From: Candidatus Dormiibacterota bacterium
Lineage (GTDB): Bacteria; Chloroflexota; Dormibacteria; Aeolococcales; Aeolococcaceae
Direction: 5' to 3'
DNA: 64,000 bases
Assembly: GCA_963716365.1 (NCBI GenBank)
Contig: OY970307.1
Location: 1,551,253-1,615,252, forward strand
Part shown: positions 9,564 to 18,871 of the stretch, piece after piece
Position numbering within the stretch: the stretch's first letter is position 1
How the letters are laid out: each line of letters starts with the position of its first letter
The notes under the pieces: model-generated
What the model was told of the DNA's origin: nothing
The model's database searches: none
Seen by the model: the letters and a program-made list of their open reading frames with translations, nothing else
Made by a program: the position numbers and the translations under genes

Positions 9564-10091
9564 TCAGCGACCGCCCCGCCGCGTCGTCCCGTCAAGCAGC
9601 TCCCTCGCGATGTCGAGATGACCGGCATGACGTGACGTCTCCTCGATCATGTGCAGCACGACCCAGCGAACATTCGGTGGCACGAAATCGCCGTGTGTGC
9701 CGACCGGGCGCGCTGAGAGCGGTGTCATCGCGAGTACCGCCTCTGACGCTGCGCATTGGTCGCGGTAGAAGGCCACGACCGACGCGGACGGCTCGTCGCT
9801 TGTGAACACGACGGTCAATGGGTCGTACGGCGGCTGATCCTCATCGAGATCACCGGGAAGTTCCGGCTGCTTGCCGCATACGACACCCTGGAACCAGTGC
9901 CACTCGGCGCCGCCCAGATGCTCGAGCAGCCCCGCAGGCGTCCACCCCGTTGGCACAACGGACCGATGCCAATCCGCGTCGTCCATTCCCTCGACAATCG
10001 CCAATACCGACTCGCGCTGGCCGCGCAGAAATTCCCGGAGCATTTCATCGTCGGGTTCATCATTCACAGGAACTTCCACTCTCCTGCGCAC
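9564..10091 (-). CDS. DinB_2/DUF664 (mycothiol-dependent transferase-like) family protein
   Basis: 175 aa with HLGGAEWHWF and HMIEETSRHAGHLDIARE (His-triad region typical of DinB/YfiT-like proteins). Confidence 0.6.
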   Translation of the reverse strand: MRRRVEVPVNDEPDDEMLREFLRGQRESVLAIVEGMDDADWHRSVVPTGWTPAGLLEHLGGAEWHWFQGVVCGKQPELPGDLDEDQPPYDPLTVVFTSDEPSASVVAFYRDQCAASEAVLAMTPLSARPVGTHGDFVPPNVRWVVLHMIEETSRHAGHLDIARELLDGTTRRGGR

Positions 10092-10186
10092 TGCTGCTCA
10101 CGATATGCGAGGGCACGCGTAGCCGTTAGTCCTCAACGAATTGCACGATTTGGCGGCATTCTATCGCTTCCCATCCGCTTCGCACC

Positions 10187-10942
10187 TCAGCTGCGCGGAC
10201 GGGAGGCACTCAGCATTCGGACCGTGAAGGGGAGAATTGATTGCTGTGCCAGCTCGCCGCAGAACACGGTGAAGTGGAGACCATCGGAAAATCGGCACTG
10301 CTGACCGTCCACAAAGCTCGCGAAGTGGCCCTGCGGCGAGACAATGCTGTCGAGATTCTCGACCGCGACCCGACCCGTCGCACCGGCGGCCGCAGCCGCA
10401 AGCAACGCATTGATCTCTTCGTGGCGTGTAGGACTTGCGACGGCGGCGAGTGATCCGTCGGGGTTGGTCACATTGGCATCCGCGATGCTGAGCAGCACGA
10501 CTGGGATGCCTCCTTGTCCCAGCGTTGAGAGCAGCAACGACATGCGCTGGCTGACATATGCATCGTATGCGGCCTCGCCGAGATGCTCGATGCGTCCGCC
10601 GATCTTCACGTCAAACAAGTCGCGCCACCCCAACTCGACGACGACCACCTGTGCCCCGACGGCCACCTCATCCTGGCGCCAGTGCTCGATCTCCGTGTTG
10701 CATTCCGCCGGCAACGGAGTCCAGCCGGTGCTCTGGGTCAGGTCGAACTCGCTGGGAAGTCCGAACCCGCAACCGGGCAACGGGTCCAAAAAAATCTCCG
10801 TGTTGTAGCGCTCCTCGTCCTGCATCAGCCCCACACCGAGTGTCGCTGCAAGCGAGTCGCCGATCACCAATACGTGCGTCGGCGGGCACAGCGGAAACGT
10901 GATCGAGGCACTCCCGCTGTAGGCGCTCGGGACCGGGATCAC
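10187..10942 (-). CDS. SGNH/GDSL hydrolase domain protein
   Basis: VIGDSLA (GDS block I), a Gly block and a C-terminal DGLH motif. It lies in the same reading frame as the upstream acyltransferase, separated only by one TAG codon. Confidence 0.7.
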   Translation of the reverse strand: MIPVPSAYSGSASITFPLCPPTHVLVIGDSLAATLGVGLMQDEERYNTEIFLDPLPGCGFGLPSEFDLTQSTGWTPLPAECNTEIEHWRQDEVAVGAQVVVVELGWRDLFDVKIGGRIEHLGEAAYDAYVSQRMSLLLSTLGQGGIPVVLLSIADANVTNPDGSLAAVASPTRHEEINALLAAAAAGATGRVAVENLDSIVSPQGHFASFVDGQQCRFSDGLHFTVFCGELAQQSILPFTVRMLSASRPRS

Positions 10943-10954
10943 GTTGGCGGGGAT

Positions 10955-12325
10955 CTAACTCGGCGGTGGCGGGGCGACGATTTCGTTGGCTGTGTCGGTT
11001 GCGACGACACTGCACGGCGGCGCCGACGTCGCCGACGCCGGCACGCCCGGGACGTTTGTCGGCGGCGGAGGCGGCACGAATGTCACGGCAGCAGCGTTTG
11101 TCGCAGCAACGAGGCTCGCTGCGGCGAGCGCAGCGCCGGCTGGCGCGAGCGCGCGCACACTCCAGCGCGGCAACCGCTGACGGCGAATGGGCTGCTCAAT
11201 AGCGAAGAAGGAGACCGTTGCCACAGCGAATGTCACGCCGACGCGGACGACGAACAGCGCAAGCCCGCTGACGCCGATCAACTCCTGCGTGAGCCAGACG
11301 AATAGGGGAAAGTGCCAGAGGTAGAGGCCGTAAGAGATGTTCCCGATTGCTCGCATCGGGGGAATCGCGAGTAGGCGTCCGAGCGGCCAATGCGGCAACG
11401 CGGTGATGCCGAGAATGATCGTCGCGACGCACACGTCGAAGCCGAGAAACCCGAACCGATACAGCCCGTTCGAGCCGCTGCTCAGCGCGGAGATCGACCA
11501 GAGAAGCGCAAGGCCACCGGCGATAGTGAGGACGCCCAGGACCGCGTGTGAGACCCGTGGATATGCACTTCGTCGCCGCCGTCGCGCTGGACGTGTGACG
11601 GGGCGCAACGCAAGGCCGAGCGCAAGTGCACACCCGACCAGCAAGGCCTGAGCGCGAGTATCTGTGCCGAGATACACACGGTTGACTCCATCTGGACCAA
11701 CCAGGAGGGCCATGTCCACAGCGGACGCGAGCGCGCCGGCCAAGGAGATATACAGGAGGAGACGAAGCGGTCGGCGGGGATCGGTTGCAGCGTTGGCGGT
11801 CCGCTTGACGATCCAGAGGACGGCGAGCACCACCAACGGCCAGATGATGTAGAACTGCTCCTCGATCGCCAGCGACCAGGTGTGCTGGAGCGGTGAGACA
11901 GGTCCCGTCGCACCGAAGTACGTGCTGCCCGCGATGAGTTGCTGCCAGTTCCCAACGTAGAAGAGTGCGCCAAGCCCGCTCGCAAGGAGATCGGGCACCG
12001 ATTTCGTCGGACCCGCGATGGTCTGATAGATCCCGACCACCGCGATCACCACAAAGAGGGCCGGGAGCAGGCGACGTGCGCGACGAGCCCAGAAATGTTT
12101 GAGTGCAATCGACGACGTGTTCCGCATTTCGGCGATGAGCAACGACGTGATGAGGAATCCGGAGAGCACAAAGAACACTTCCACGCCGAGAAAGCCGCCG
12201 CCGGCCCACCCCACTCCGGCGTGGAACAGGATGACGGCGATCACGGCGACCGCCCTCAGGCCATCGAGTGCGGGCATGTGGCCCAGATGAGCCCCGCGCG
12301 CCGTCCCTCCCCTACGCTGCGACAT
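10955..12325 (-). CDS. acyltransferase family 3 (OatA-like) integral membrane protein
   Basis: LDGLRAVAVIAVILFH near the N-terminus, multi-TM, 456 aa from ATG 12325. The annotated 12415 start adds a Gly/Arg-rich extension. Confidence 0.75.
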   Translation of the reverse strand: MSQRRGGTARGAHLGHMPALDGLRAVAVIAVILFHAGVGWAGGGFLGVEVFFVLSGFLITSLLIAEMRNTSSIALKHFWARRARRLLPALFVVIAVVGIYQTIAGPTKSVPDLLASGLGALFYVGNWQQLIAGSTYFGATGPVSPLQHTWSLAIEEQFYIIWPLVVLAVLWIVKRTANAATDPRRPLRLLLYISLAGALASAVDMALLVGPDGVNRVYLGTDTRAQALLVGCALALGLALRPVTRPARRRRRSAYPRVSHAVLGVLTIAGGLALLWSISALSSGSNGLYRFGFLGFDVCVATIILGITALPHWPLGRLLAIPPMRAIGNISYGLYLWHFPLFVWLTQELIGVSGLALFVVRVGVTFAVATVSFFAIEQPIRRQRLPRWSVRALAPAGAALAAASLVAATNAAAVTFVPPPPPTNVPGVPASATSAPPCSVVATDTANEIVAPPPPS

Positions 12326-12392
12326 AGCAGTGCATCGTAGGGGCATCCCGGCCGATGCGGCTCCTTGACGCCATCCGGGTTTCTTCCGGCGC

Positions 12393-12917
12393 CTACGCCC
12401 CGAGCTCGAGGCCATCGAGAGCCCCGCCTTGCCGCGTCAGCCCAATGTGACCGGGGTCGTCGAGGGGTTCCCGCCATGCCTTCCCCCGCACGATTTGCCC
12501 CACGTTTGCGTGGCTGACGCCGAACGCAGATGCAATGGATCGGTACGTCGCTCCGTAATTCGCCATGAGCCTGATTGCAAACACGTCATCGCCGGTAAGC
12601 CTCGAATTGGCGTGACGTTCGCCACGGTTTGAGCGGCGATTCAGCATCTGCTGATCGAATGTTGTCCAACGACAGTTGCCCGGTTCGTAATTGCCCTCGT
12701 TGTTGATCCGATCCAGGGAGAGGTCGTCCGGGCACGCACCCATGTCGGCGAAGAAGTACTCGAAGCGGCGCCAGCGATTGCAAACGCTGATGCCGCGCCC
12801 GCCATAGCGTGACCAGTCCGCACTCGAGCGATTCGTACAACGCGACAGCATGGCCTTCCAGGCGTGGTACGTGCGCGTGCCGTCACGAGCTGCTTGTCCG
12901 TGGCTGAGTGGCACCAC
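12393..12917 (-). CDS. phage-type HNH endonuclease (mycobacteriophage-like YGGRGI...DRINNEGNYEPGNCRW family)
   Basis: The motif string TYHAWKAMLSRC...YGGRGISVCNRWRRFEYFFADMG...LSLDRINNEGNYEPGNCRWTTFDQQ matches the HNH/AP2-like endonucleases common in actinophages. The start was trimmed to GTG 12917 so that it does not overlap the tRNA. Confidence 0.6.
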   Translation of the reverse strand: MVPLSHGQAARDGTRTYHAWKAMLSRCTNRSSADWSRYGGRGISVCNRWRRFEYFFADMGACPDDLSLDRINNEGNYEPGNCRWTTFDQQMLNRRSNRGERHANSRLTGDDVFAIRLMANYGATYRSIASAFGVSHANVGQIVRGKAWREPLDDPGHIGLTRQGGALDGLELGA

Positions 12918-13022
12918 CGCAGTGAAGCTTCCTGGCGCGCCCTCACTGCGGACAGTCGCCGGCCGCCCGGACCTCTTGATGCACCCATCCGAAGCCTCTG
13001 GGGGGACCGATTTGGAAGGGTC

Positions 13023-13094
13023 AGCGGGAGACGGGGCTCGAACCCGCAACTTCAACCTTGGGAAGGTTGCACTCTACCATTGAGTTACTCCCGC
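13023..13094 (-). tRNA. tRNA-Gly (anticodon CCC)
   Basis: The minus-strand sequence GCGGGAG-TA-ACTCAATGGTAGAGT-GCAACC-TTCCCAA-GGTTG-AAG-TTGCGGGTTCGAGCCCCG-TCTCCCGC-T forms a cloverleaf with a 7-bp acceptor stem, a CCC anticodon in a 7-nt loop and a TpsiC GTTCGAG box. CCA is not encoded. Confidence 0.85.
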
Positions 13095-13202
13095 GGGTAT
13101 TTGGTCTCTTGGAGTGTTTCCTTTGACAAAGGGGAGTAGTGGATCGATGCCCCAGGCCGGCTGAAACCCTCGGCGAGGGAGCCATCGTAGACCGCTGCAG
13201 CG

Positions 13203-14153
13203 TCATTGCGGAGGCCTCCGCGACAACTCGCCGTCGCGCAGAACCTGCATGAGCCGGTCGTGGGCATCGGCGGGATCCAGGAGGTCGTAGTGGTGACGGA
13301 TCATCGCCTCGCTGCCGTGGCCGAGGATGCGTTCAACCACGATCGTGCTCTGGCCGCTCATGAGCATCCAGTGACACGCGCTGTGGCGGATCACGTTTGG
13401 GCTCACCGCGAACTGAATCCCTGCCTCGAGGGCGAGCGCGCCAACCATCTGACGCACACCAGGGACGGTGAGCACCTCGCGCTCTCCGGTGCGTCGGTCC
13501 CGACGCAGGCCGATGAACACCGGGTCGTCGTCCCCGCCTCGAGCAAGCGAGCGTATGCGAGCGAACATCTCCGGCGTGATCGGCACGTCTCGTTCGTCGA
13601 CCTCACTTCGGACACGCACGAAGTGGCGGAGCCCCTGCACGAGCAGATCGCCGTTGGTGATCGCAACGAGCTCGCCAGATCTCATGCCTGTGTCGGCGAG
13701 CAGCCGGATGATCACGCGGTCGCGTTCAGCCGCGGCGGTGCGCTCCAATAGCGCGATCTGTTGACGATCCAGCGTGTTTACCTTGCGTCCGGCCGGCTGG
13801 TGCAACTCGACCTTCGGCGCCGTGGTCGAGTGTTCCGCGGCGTACCAGCGCATCAGCTGGTTCGCAGCCTTCTTGTACGTCCACATCGTCGCGTCCGACA
13901 ACGGTTTGCCGACGCGGGTTGAGCGGCTGCAGAGGTCGGCGGCGAAGCGTTCCAGGGTGTCTTGGTTGATGCCGGCGGCACTCGCGATACCCTCGCGCTG
14001 ACACCACGGCAGCAACACAGCACGCAACGAGTACCCGTACGAGTGCTTGATGGTGCTGGGTTTCACACCATTCGACAGGCAGTGGACGATGTAGTTCTCG
14101 ATCTCGGTCGCCAGGTCGCTGCGCGGCGCCTTCAGAACCCGGGTTCCGGCCAC
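13203..14153 (-). CDS. tyrosine-type site-specific recombinase / phage integrase
   Basis: 316 aa with a GTG start. The catalytic R...HxxR...H...Y pattern is present (GMRSGEL, RHSACHWM, LGHGS, HHYD). Confidence 0.8.
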   Translation of the reverse strand: MAGTRVLKAPRSDLATEIENYIVHCLSNGVKPSTIKHSYGYSLRAVLLPWCQREGIASAAGINQDTLERFAADLCSRSTRVGKPLSDATMWTYKKAANQLMRWYAAEHSTTAPKVELHQPAGRKVNTLDRQQIALLERTAAAERDRVIIRLLADTGMRSGELVAITNGDLLVQGLRHFVRVRSEVDERDVPITPEMFARIRSLARGGDDDPVFIGLRRDRRTGEREVLTVPGVRQMVGALALEAGIQFAVSPNVIRHSACHWMLMSGQSTIVVERILGHGSEAMIRHHYDLLDPADAHDRLMQVLRDGELSRRPPQ

Positions 14154-14406
14154 AGTGCTCTCCTGACAAGTGAAGAAATGGAATGGAGTGTTCCCTGAGT
14201 ATGCGGATTGCCACGAAGCAACAGCCTCGAGGAACTCCGCTCCAAAGGCTCCTTTCCTTCCTGCATTCGCCGGCGGTTCTCTGGTGCACTCGTCGGGAAG
14301 GGCATCATCAACGCGCGACGGACATTCGGCGATTGCCTCGCAGCGGCTTCAATGTCGTCGATGTGCTGCTCGTTTCGTTGCAGCGGCTCTGACATCATCA
14401 CACTGC

Positions 14407-14850
14407 ATGGACGCATTCCGAAACGACGTCGACGAGTTCTGCGACGGGACTACCAACGACCTCGCGTCGTTCGCCGTGCCCAGCGCCGACGTTGATCAGG
14501 CGTCGTTCGATGTCGCGAGCTCACGGATATCCACTCTCTGTCAGAGGCTCGCGGTGGGAGCGGCCTTCGCGCGCTGGAGTGACTTGCCGGAGCGCGACCG
14601 GGTACTCGACATCGCGCGGAATGACCCTCCCGCGCTGACCGAGGAGTCGCCGCGACACGTCTGGGAAGCGCTCGCAACGATCATCGGTTGGGATGCCTAT
14701 GACGAGGTCCCATTGAGCCAGAACCGCCAGGCTGCAGCTCATCTTGCCAACGAACTTCGGTCACGACTGGTCGCCGACAAGGAGGGGACGCTCGCGGCGA
14801 TCGTCCCGCCGTGGTCGACGGGGTACTCACTCAATCCGGTCCGCCGCTAG
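14407..14850 (+). CDS. hypothetical protein (possible island cargo)
   Basis: An ATG start (MDAFRNDVDEF...) lies inside a longer 14170 ORF. The region upstream of it has lower GC than the surroundings. No recognisable domain. Confidence 0.35.
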   Translation: MDAFRNDVDEFCDGTTNDLASFAVPSADVDQASFDVASSRISTLCQRLAVGAAFARWSDLPERDRVLDIARNDPPALTEESPRHVWEALATIIGWDAYDEVPLSQNRQAAAHLANELRSRLVADKEGTLAAIVPPWSTGYSLNPVRR

Positions 14851-14906
14851 CCCGGTCGTGACCTGGTCGTCACGATAGGCCCGGCGACCCGGGGCATGAT
14901 GCAGCG

Positions 14907-16007
14907 GTGATCAGGCTTCGACCGGACGCACGACGCCTTCGAATCGGCGTCGTATTCGCCGGCGCGCTCCTCATCCTCACCGCCTGCAGCGGACCCGCTG
15001 CCCAGGCTGTTCCGACGCCCGCGGGTGGTGGCGTCCTCGGAGCTCTCCCCCATCTTCCGGGACCGCCGACGCCGGCGCCGGCCACCGCAAATGCGACCGC
15101 CGAAGCGCGGTTGACGCTCGCGCCAACGCACCACAGCGCATCGCCGACCCACGCCCCGACGCCGCAGGCCACGTCGCTCACGAAGATCGGTGGCTGTCAG
15201 GTATTCCCGCCCAACAACCCGTGGAACGAGAACATCTCGAAGCTCCCGGTGAATCCCAACTCGGCGGAGTACATCGCCAGCATCGACTCAACGAAGCAAT
15301 TCCTGCATCCGGACTTTGGCTCGGATCCGACGTACGGCATCCCATACACCGTGGTGCCGAAGTCACAGCCCTTCGTCCCGATCACGTTCACTGCCTACGG
15401 CGACGAGAGCAACCCCGGGCCGTATCCCGTTCCCCTGAACGCGCCGGTGGAGTCGGGCAGCGATCGTCACGTGCTCGTCGTCGACAGCGGCAACTGTCAT
15501 CTCTACGAGATGTATGACGCACAGCAGGTCGGCGCAGGATGGGAGTGCGCGTCCGGCGCCGTCTTCAACCTCAACAGCAACGCGCTCCGCCCCGAGGGGT
15601 GGACGTCAGCGGACGCGGCGGGACTGCCGATCCTGCCCGGCCTTGCGCTGTACAGCGAAGTGGCCGCGGGCGCCATCGATCACGCGTTGCGGTTCACCGT
15701 CCAGGACTCGCAGAACGGGTGGATCAGCCCCGCGACGCACGAGGCCGGTTCGGCCAATCCAGGGTTGCCACCGATGGGACTCCGGCTCCGCCTCAAAGCG
15801 TCGTTCAGCCTCGCGGGATTCCACGGCGAAGCGCTCATCATCCTCACCGCGCTGAAGACGTACGGCATGATCGTTGCCGACAACGGCAGCAGCTGGTACA
15901 TCAGCGGTGACACCGATCCGCGCTGGAACGACAACGATCTCGATCAACTGAAGACCGTTCCGGGCAGCGCGTTCGAAGCAGTCGAGACGGGTCCGATCCA
16001 GCACTGA
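14907..16007 (+). CDS. secreted lipoprotein, unknown function
   Basis: Signal peptide with lipobox LTAC at residues 23-26, a Pro/Ala-rich linker, then a roughly 270-aa domain I cannot assign. Confidence 0.6.
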   Translation: MIRLRPDARRLRIGVVFAGALLILTACSGPAAQAVPTPAGGGVLGALPHLPGPPTPAPATANATAEARLTLAPTHHSASPTHAPTPQATSLTKIGGCQVFPPNNPWNENISKLPVNPNSAEYIASIDSTKQFLHPDFGSDPTYGIPYTVVPKSQPFVPITFTAYGDESNPGPYPVPLNAPVESGSDRHVLVVDSGNCHLYEMYDAQQVGAGWECASGAVFNLNSNALRPEGWTSADAAGLPILPGLALYSEVAAGAIDHALRFTVQDSQNGWISPATHEAGSANPGLPPMGLRLRLKASFSLAGFHGEALIILTALKTYGMIVADNGSSWYISGDTDPRWNDNDLDQLKTVPGSAFEAVETGPIQH

Positions 16008-16014
16008 CCGCGGG

Positions 16015-17463
16015 TCAGCGCGATGCTGCAGTCAACTCCACGACGGGGTACTTACCGGCGGCGTAGTCGGCACGGATGACTTTCTTGTCGAGCTTGCCCA
16101 CGCTCGTTTTCGGCAGCTCATCGACAAACGCCCAGCGCTCCGGCAACCACCAGCGCGCGACCTTCGGCGCCAGGAACTCGCGCAACTCCTCCGGCGTTGC
16201 GGATTTGCCCTGCTTGAGCACCACAGTCGCCAACGGGCGCTCGGCCCAACGCTCATCCGGGACGCCGACGACAGCCGCGTCCGCCACCGCCGGGTGACCC
16301 ACGAGCAAGGTCTCCAGCTCCACCGACGAGATCCACTCCCCACCGGACTTGATCACGTCCTTCGAGCGATCGGTGATCTGCACGAAGCCGCGCTCATCGA
16401 TGTTGCCGACGTCTCCGGTGCGCAGCCACCCGTCGTGGAATTTCTCCGGCGCTTCGGTGTTGTAGTACGAGCCGGTGATCCACGGCCCGCGCACCTCGAT
16501 CTCGCCGACAGCCTCACCGTCATGCGGCACCACCGCACCGGCGTCATCGACGATGCGCAACTCGACACCCGGGACCGCCTTACCGGTCTTGCCGCGGTAG
16601 TGCATCTCGTCCTCGGGCGCCGTGTCCTTGGGTGGAAGCGCGATCGTCGCGATGGGGCTCGTCTCTGTCATCCCCCATGCCTGCCACAGCTCGATGCCGA
16701 GCACGTCCTTGTACGCGGCAATGAGCGACGACGGCACAGCGGAACCGCCGCACACCGCTGTTTTGATGCTCGACACATCCCCACCGTTGGCCTGCACGTG
16801 GTTCAGCAGCGCGGTGAGGATCGTCGGCACACCACCGGTGAACGTCGGCCGCTCCTGCGTGATGAAGTCGCAGAGCCCCTGCGGCTGCAGGAATCGTCCG
16901 GGCAACAGCAGATCGCTGCCGACCAGCCAGCCCGCGTAGGGCGTCCCCCACGCGTTGACGTGGAACATCGGCACGATGATGAGCAGGCGCCCGTTGTCAT
17001 CGAGGCGGAATGTCGCCCATACCGCGAACGAATGCAGATACACCGAGCGATGGCTGTACGCAACGCCTTTCGGATCGCCGGTGGTCCCGGTCGTGTAGCA
17101 CATGGACGCCGCGCTGCGTTCGTCGATGGCAGGCCAGCCGAACGTCGGCGACTCAGCCGCAAGCAGCGTCTCGTAGGCGAGCGTGTCGCCGAGTCCCGAC
17201 GCCTCCCCGGAACCGACGACGATCACCTTCTCGACGCTCGGGCAATTCCCGATCACCGACGCCAGCAAGGGCGCGAGCGAGTCATCGACGATGACGACCT
17301 TGTCCTGCGCATGGTTGATGATCTGCGCGAGCTGCGGCGGTGGGAGGCGCAGGTTGAGCGTGTGCAGCACGGCCCCCATACAGGGGATCGCGAGGTACGC
17401 CTCCATGTGCTCCTGGTGGTTCCAGCAGAGCGTCCCGAACTCGGTCGCCAGGCCCAACGCCAA
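16015..17463 (-). CDS. long-chain fatty-acid--CoA ligase (AMP-dependent synthetase, FadD family); the main ORF lacks its N-terminus because of a frameshift
   Basis: [35 protein letters not shown] (AMP motif), [21 protein letters not shown] and a C-terminal VGKLDKK. The true N-terminus (MNSTMQDLQLSITEIF...GDRV) lies in another frame at 17282..17635. Confidence 0.75.
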   Translation of the reverse strand: MALGLATEFGTLCWNHQEHMEAYLAIPCMGAVLHTLNLRLPPPQLAQIINHAQDKVVIVDDSLAPLLASVIGNCPSVEKVIVVGSGEASGLGDTLAYETLLAAESPTFGWPAIDERSAASMCYTTGTTGDPKGVAYSHRSVYLHSFAVWATFRLDDNGRLLIIVPMFHVNAWGTPYAGWLVGSDLLLPGRFLQPQGLCDFITQERPTFTGGVPTILTALLNHVQANGGDVSSIKTAVCGGSAVPSSLIAAYKDVLGIELWQAWGMTETSPIATIALPPKDTAPEDEMHYRGKTGKAVPGVELRIVDDAGAVVPHDGEAVGEIEVRGPWITGSYYNTEAPEKFHDGWLRTGDVGNIDERGFVQITDRSKDVIKSGGEWISSVELETLLVGHPAVADAAVVGVPDERWAERPLATVVLKQGKSATPEELREFLAPKVARWWLPERWAFVDELPKTSVGKLDKKVIRADYAAGKYPVVELTAASR

Positions 17464-17635
17464 GCGTCCGCAGCGCGCCGGCGAGGCGGTTCACCCGCTC
17501 CGCAACCTTCGCGTAGCTGGTGTGCCTGGCCCGCTCGCCCTCGAAGGTGATGATCTCGCTGTCCGGGTACAGCTCAGCCCCGTGGCGAAAGATCTCCGTG
17601 ATGCTGAGTTGCAAGTCCTGCATCGTCGAGTTCAT
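17282..17635 (-). pseudogene. N-terminal fragment of the same fatty-acid--CoA ligase, out of frame with 16015..17463 (frameshift near 17436-17441)
   Basis: Frame A reads ...[12 protein letters not shown] and frame B reads [10 protein letters not shown]. Both match consecutive conserved FadD blocks, separated by one extra C in ...gagttCggg... Confidence 0.5.
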
Positions 17636-17772
17636 GGGCTCCACACTCCTCTGCACGATCTTGCCGCTCACCGGTCACCAACCCGAGGCTCCCAGATCGC
17701 CGAGATCGTAGCGAGCATTCGGGACCTTGTGCAGCATCCGCGTCGCAAGGCCGCTTCGCTACCCTCGATGGT

Positions 17773-18831
17773 ATGACCGTGACCCGAACCGGATCGATGA
17801 CCGGCGCCGAGCTCATGCTCGCCACCGCCCGTCGCGAACCGGCCGACCGCACGCCGATCTGGTTCATGCGACAGGCCGGACGCTGCCTCGCCGGCTACCG
17901 CAAGCTGCGCGAGAGCTACGACATCCTCACGATCACGCGCACCCCCGAGCTCTGCGCGCAGGTGACGCTCATGCCGGTTTCGGAGTTCGGTGTCGACGCC
18001 GCCGTCATGTACGCCGACATCATGTTGCCGCTGACGGGGATGGGCGTTCCCTTCTCCATCGACCCCGGCATCGGCCCGATCATCCACGCCCCTGTGCGGA
18101 GCGCCGACGACGTCAACGCGCTCCGCATCGTCGACCCGCACGAGTCGACGCCCGAGCTGTACGAGGCGATTCGCCTGGTGCGCAAGGAACTTGACGGCAC
18201 GACCGCCGTGGTCGGGTTTGCCGGCGGGCCGTTCACCGTCGCCTCGTACATGATCGAGGGCAAGCCCACCAAGGAATTCTCGAAGACCAAGGCGATGCTC
18301 CACGGCGAGCCGGAGCTCTGGCATCGGCTCATGTCGACGCTCACCGAGGTGACGATCAGCTACCTGCTCGCGCAGGTCGAGGCCGGCGCCCAGATGATCC
18401 AGCTCTTCGACTCGTGGGCTGGAGCGCTCTCCGTTGCCGCCTACGAGGCATCGGTCCTCCCCTACAGCCGCCGTATCCTCGAGGCAGTGGCGACGACGGG
18501 GGTACCGACGATCCACTTCGGGACGACGACGTCGCACCTCCTCGAATCGATGGCGAGCGCAGGCTCGGACGTGATCAGCGTGGACTGGCGGCTGCCGCTC
18601 GACGAGGCCTGGCGCCGGATCGGCGACCGCGCCATCCAGGGCAACCTCGATCCGGGCGTCATGCTCGCCCCCTTCGACGTCATCGCGAGGGAGGCTCGGC
18701 TGATCCTGGCCCAGGCGAACGGCCGTCCCGGCCACATCTTCAACCTCGGGCACGGCGTTCTCCCCGAGACATCGAGCGACGACCTGAAGCGCCTCGCCGA
18801 ACTGGTCCATTCAGAGACTGCCCGAGCCTGA
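17773..18831 (+). CDS. hemE: uroporphyrinogen decarboxylase
   Basis: PIWFMRQAGR signature and full-length URO-D fold motifs (GFAGGPFT, LFDSWAG). Confidence 0.9.
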   Translation: MTVTRTGSMTGAELMLATARREPADRTPIWFMRQAGRCLAGYRKLRESYDILTITRTPELCAQVTLMPVSEFGVDAAVMYADIMLPLTGMGVPFSIDPGIGPIIHAPVRSADDVNALRIVDPHESTPELYEAIRLVRKELDGTTAVVGFAGGPFTVASYMIEGKPTKEFSKTKAMLHGEPELWHRLMSTLTEVTISYLLAQVEAGAQMIQLFDSWAGALSVAAYEASVLPYSRRILEAVATTGVPTIHFGTTTSHLLESMASAGSDVISVDWRLPLDEAWRRIGDRAIQGNLDPGVMLAPFDVIAREARLILAQANGRPGHIFNLGHGVLPETSSDDLKRLAELVHSETARA

Positions 18832-18871
18832 CCGGAGCCGGACGCCTGAGGCCGCGCTATACCCTTGGCGC

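Noticed and set aside
10583-11305. 240-aa plus-strand ORF, and many similar long ORFs (16294..17550, 17668..18810, 20067..20960, 20639..21778, 22183..23460, 25186..26082, 48466..49959, 62384..63508)
   Set aside because: They lie antisense or out of frame to genes with strong homology. They are Arg/Ala/Pro-rich, as is typical of spurious ORFs in 70% GC DNA.
13020-13022. Encoded CCA end for the tRNA
   Set aside because: The three nt after the discriminator give GAC on the tRNA strand, so the CCA is added post-transcriptionally.
12918-13055. Long version of the HNH ORF, extending to 13055
   Set aside because: It would overlap the tRNA-Gly gene by 33 nt. Conserved HNH homology starts near the GTG at 12917.
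9500-16100. Direct repeat of the tRNA-Gly 3' end that would mark the island boundary
   Set aside because: I scanned by eye for ggctcgaaccc / gggttcgagcc on both sides and found no second copy. I cannot exclude a short (under 15 nt) or diverged att core.
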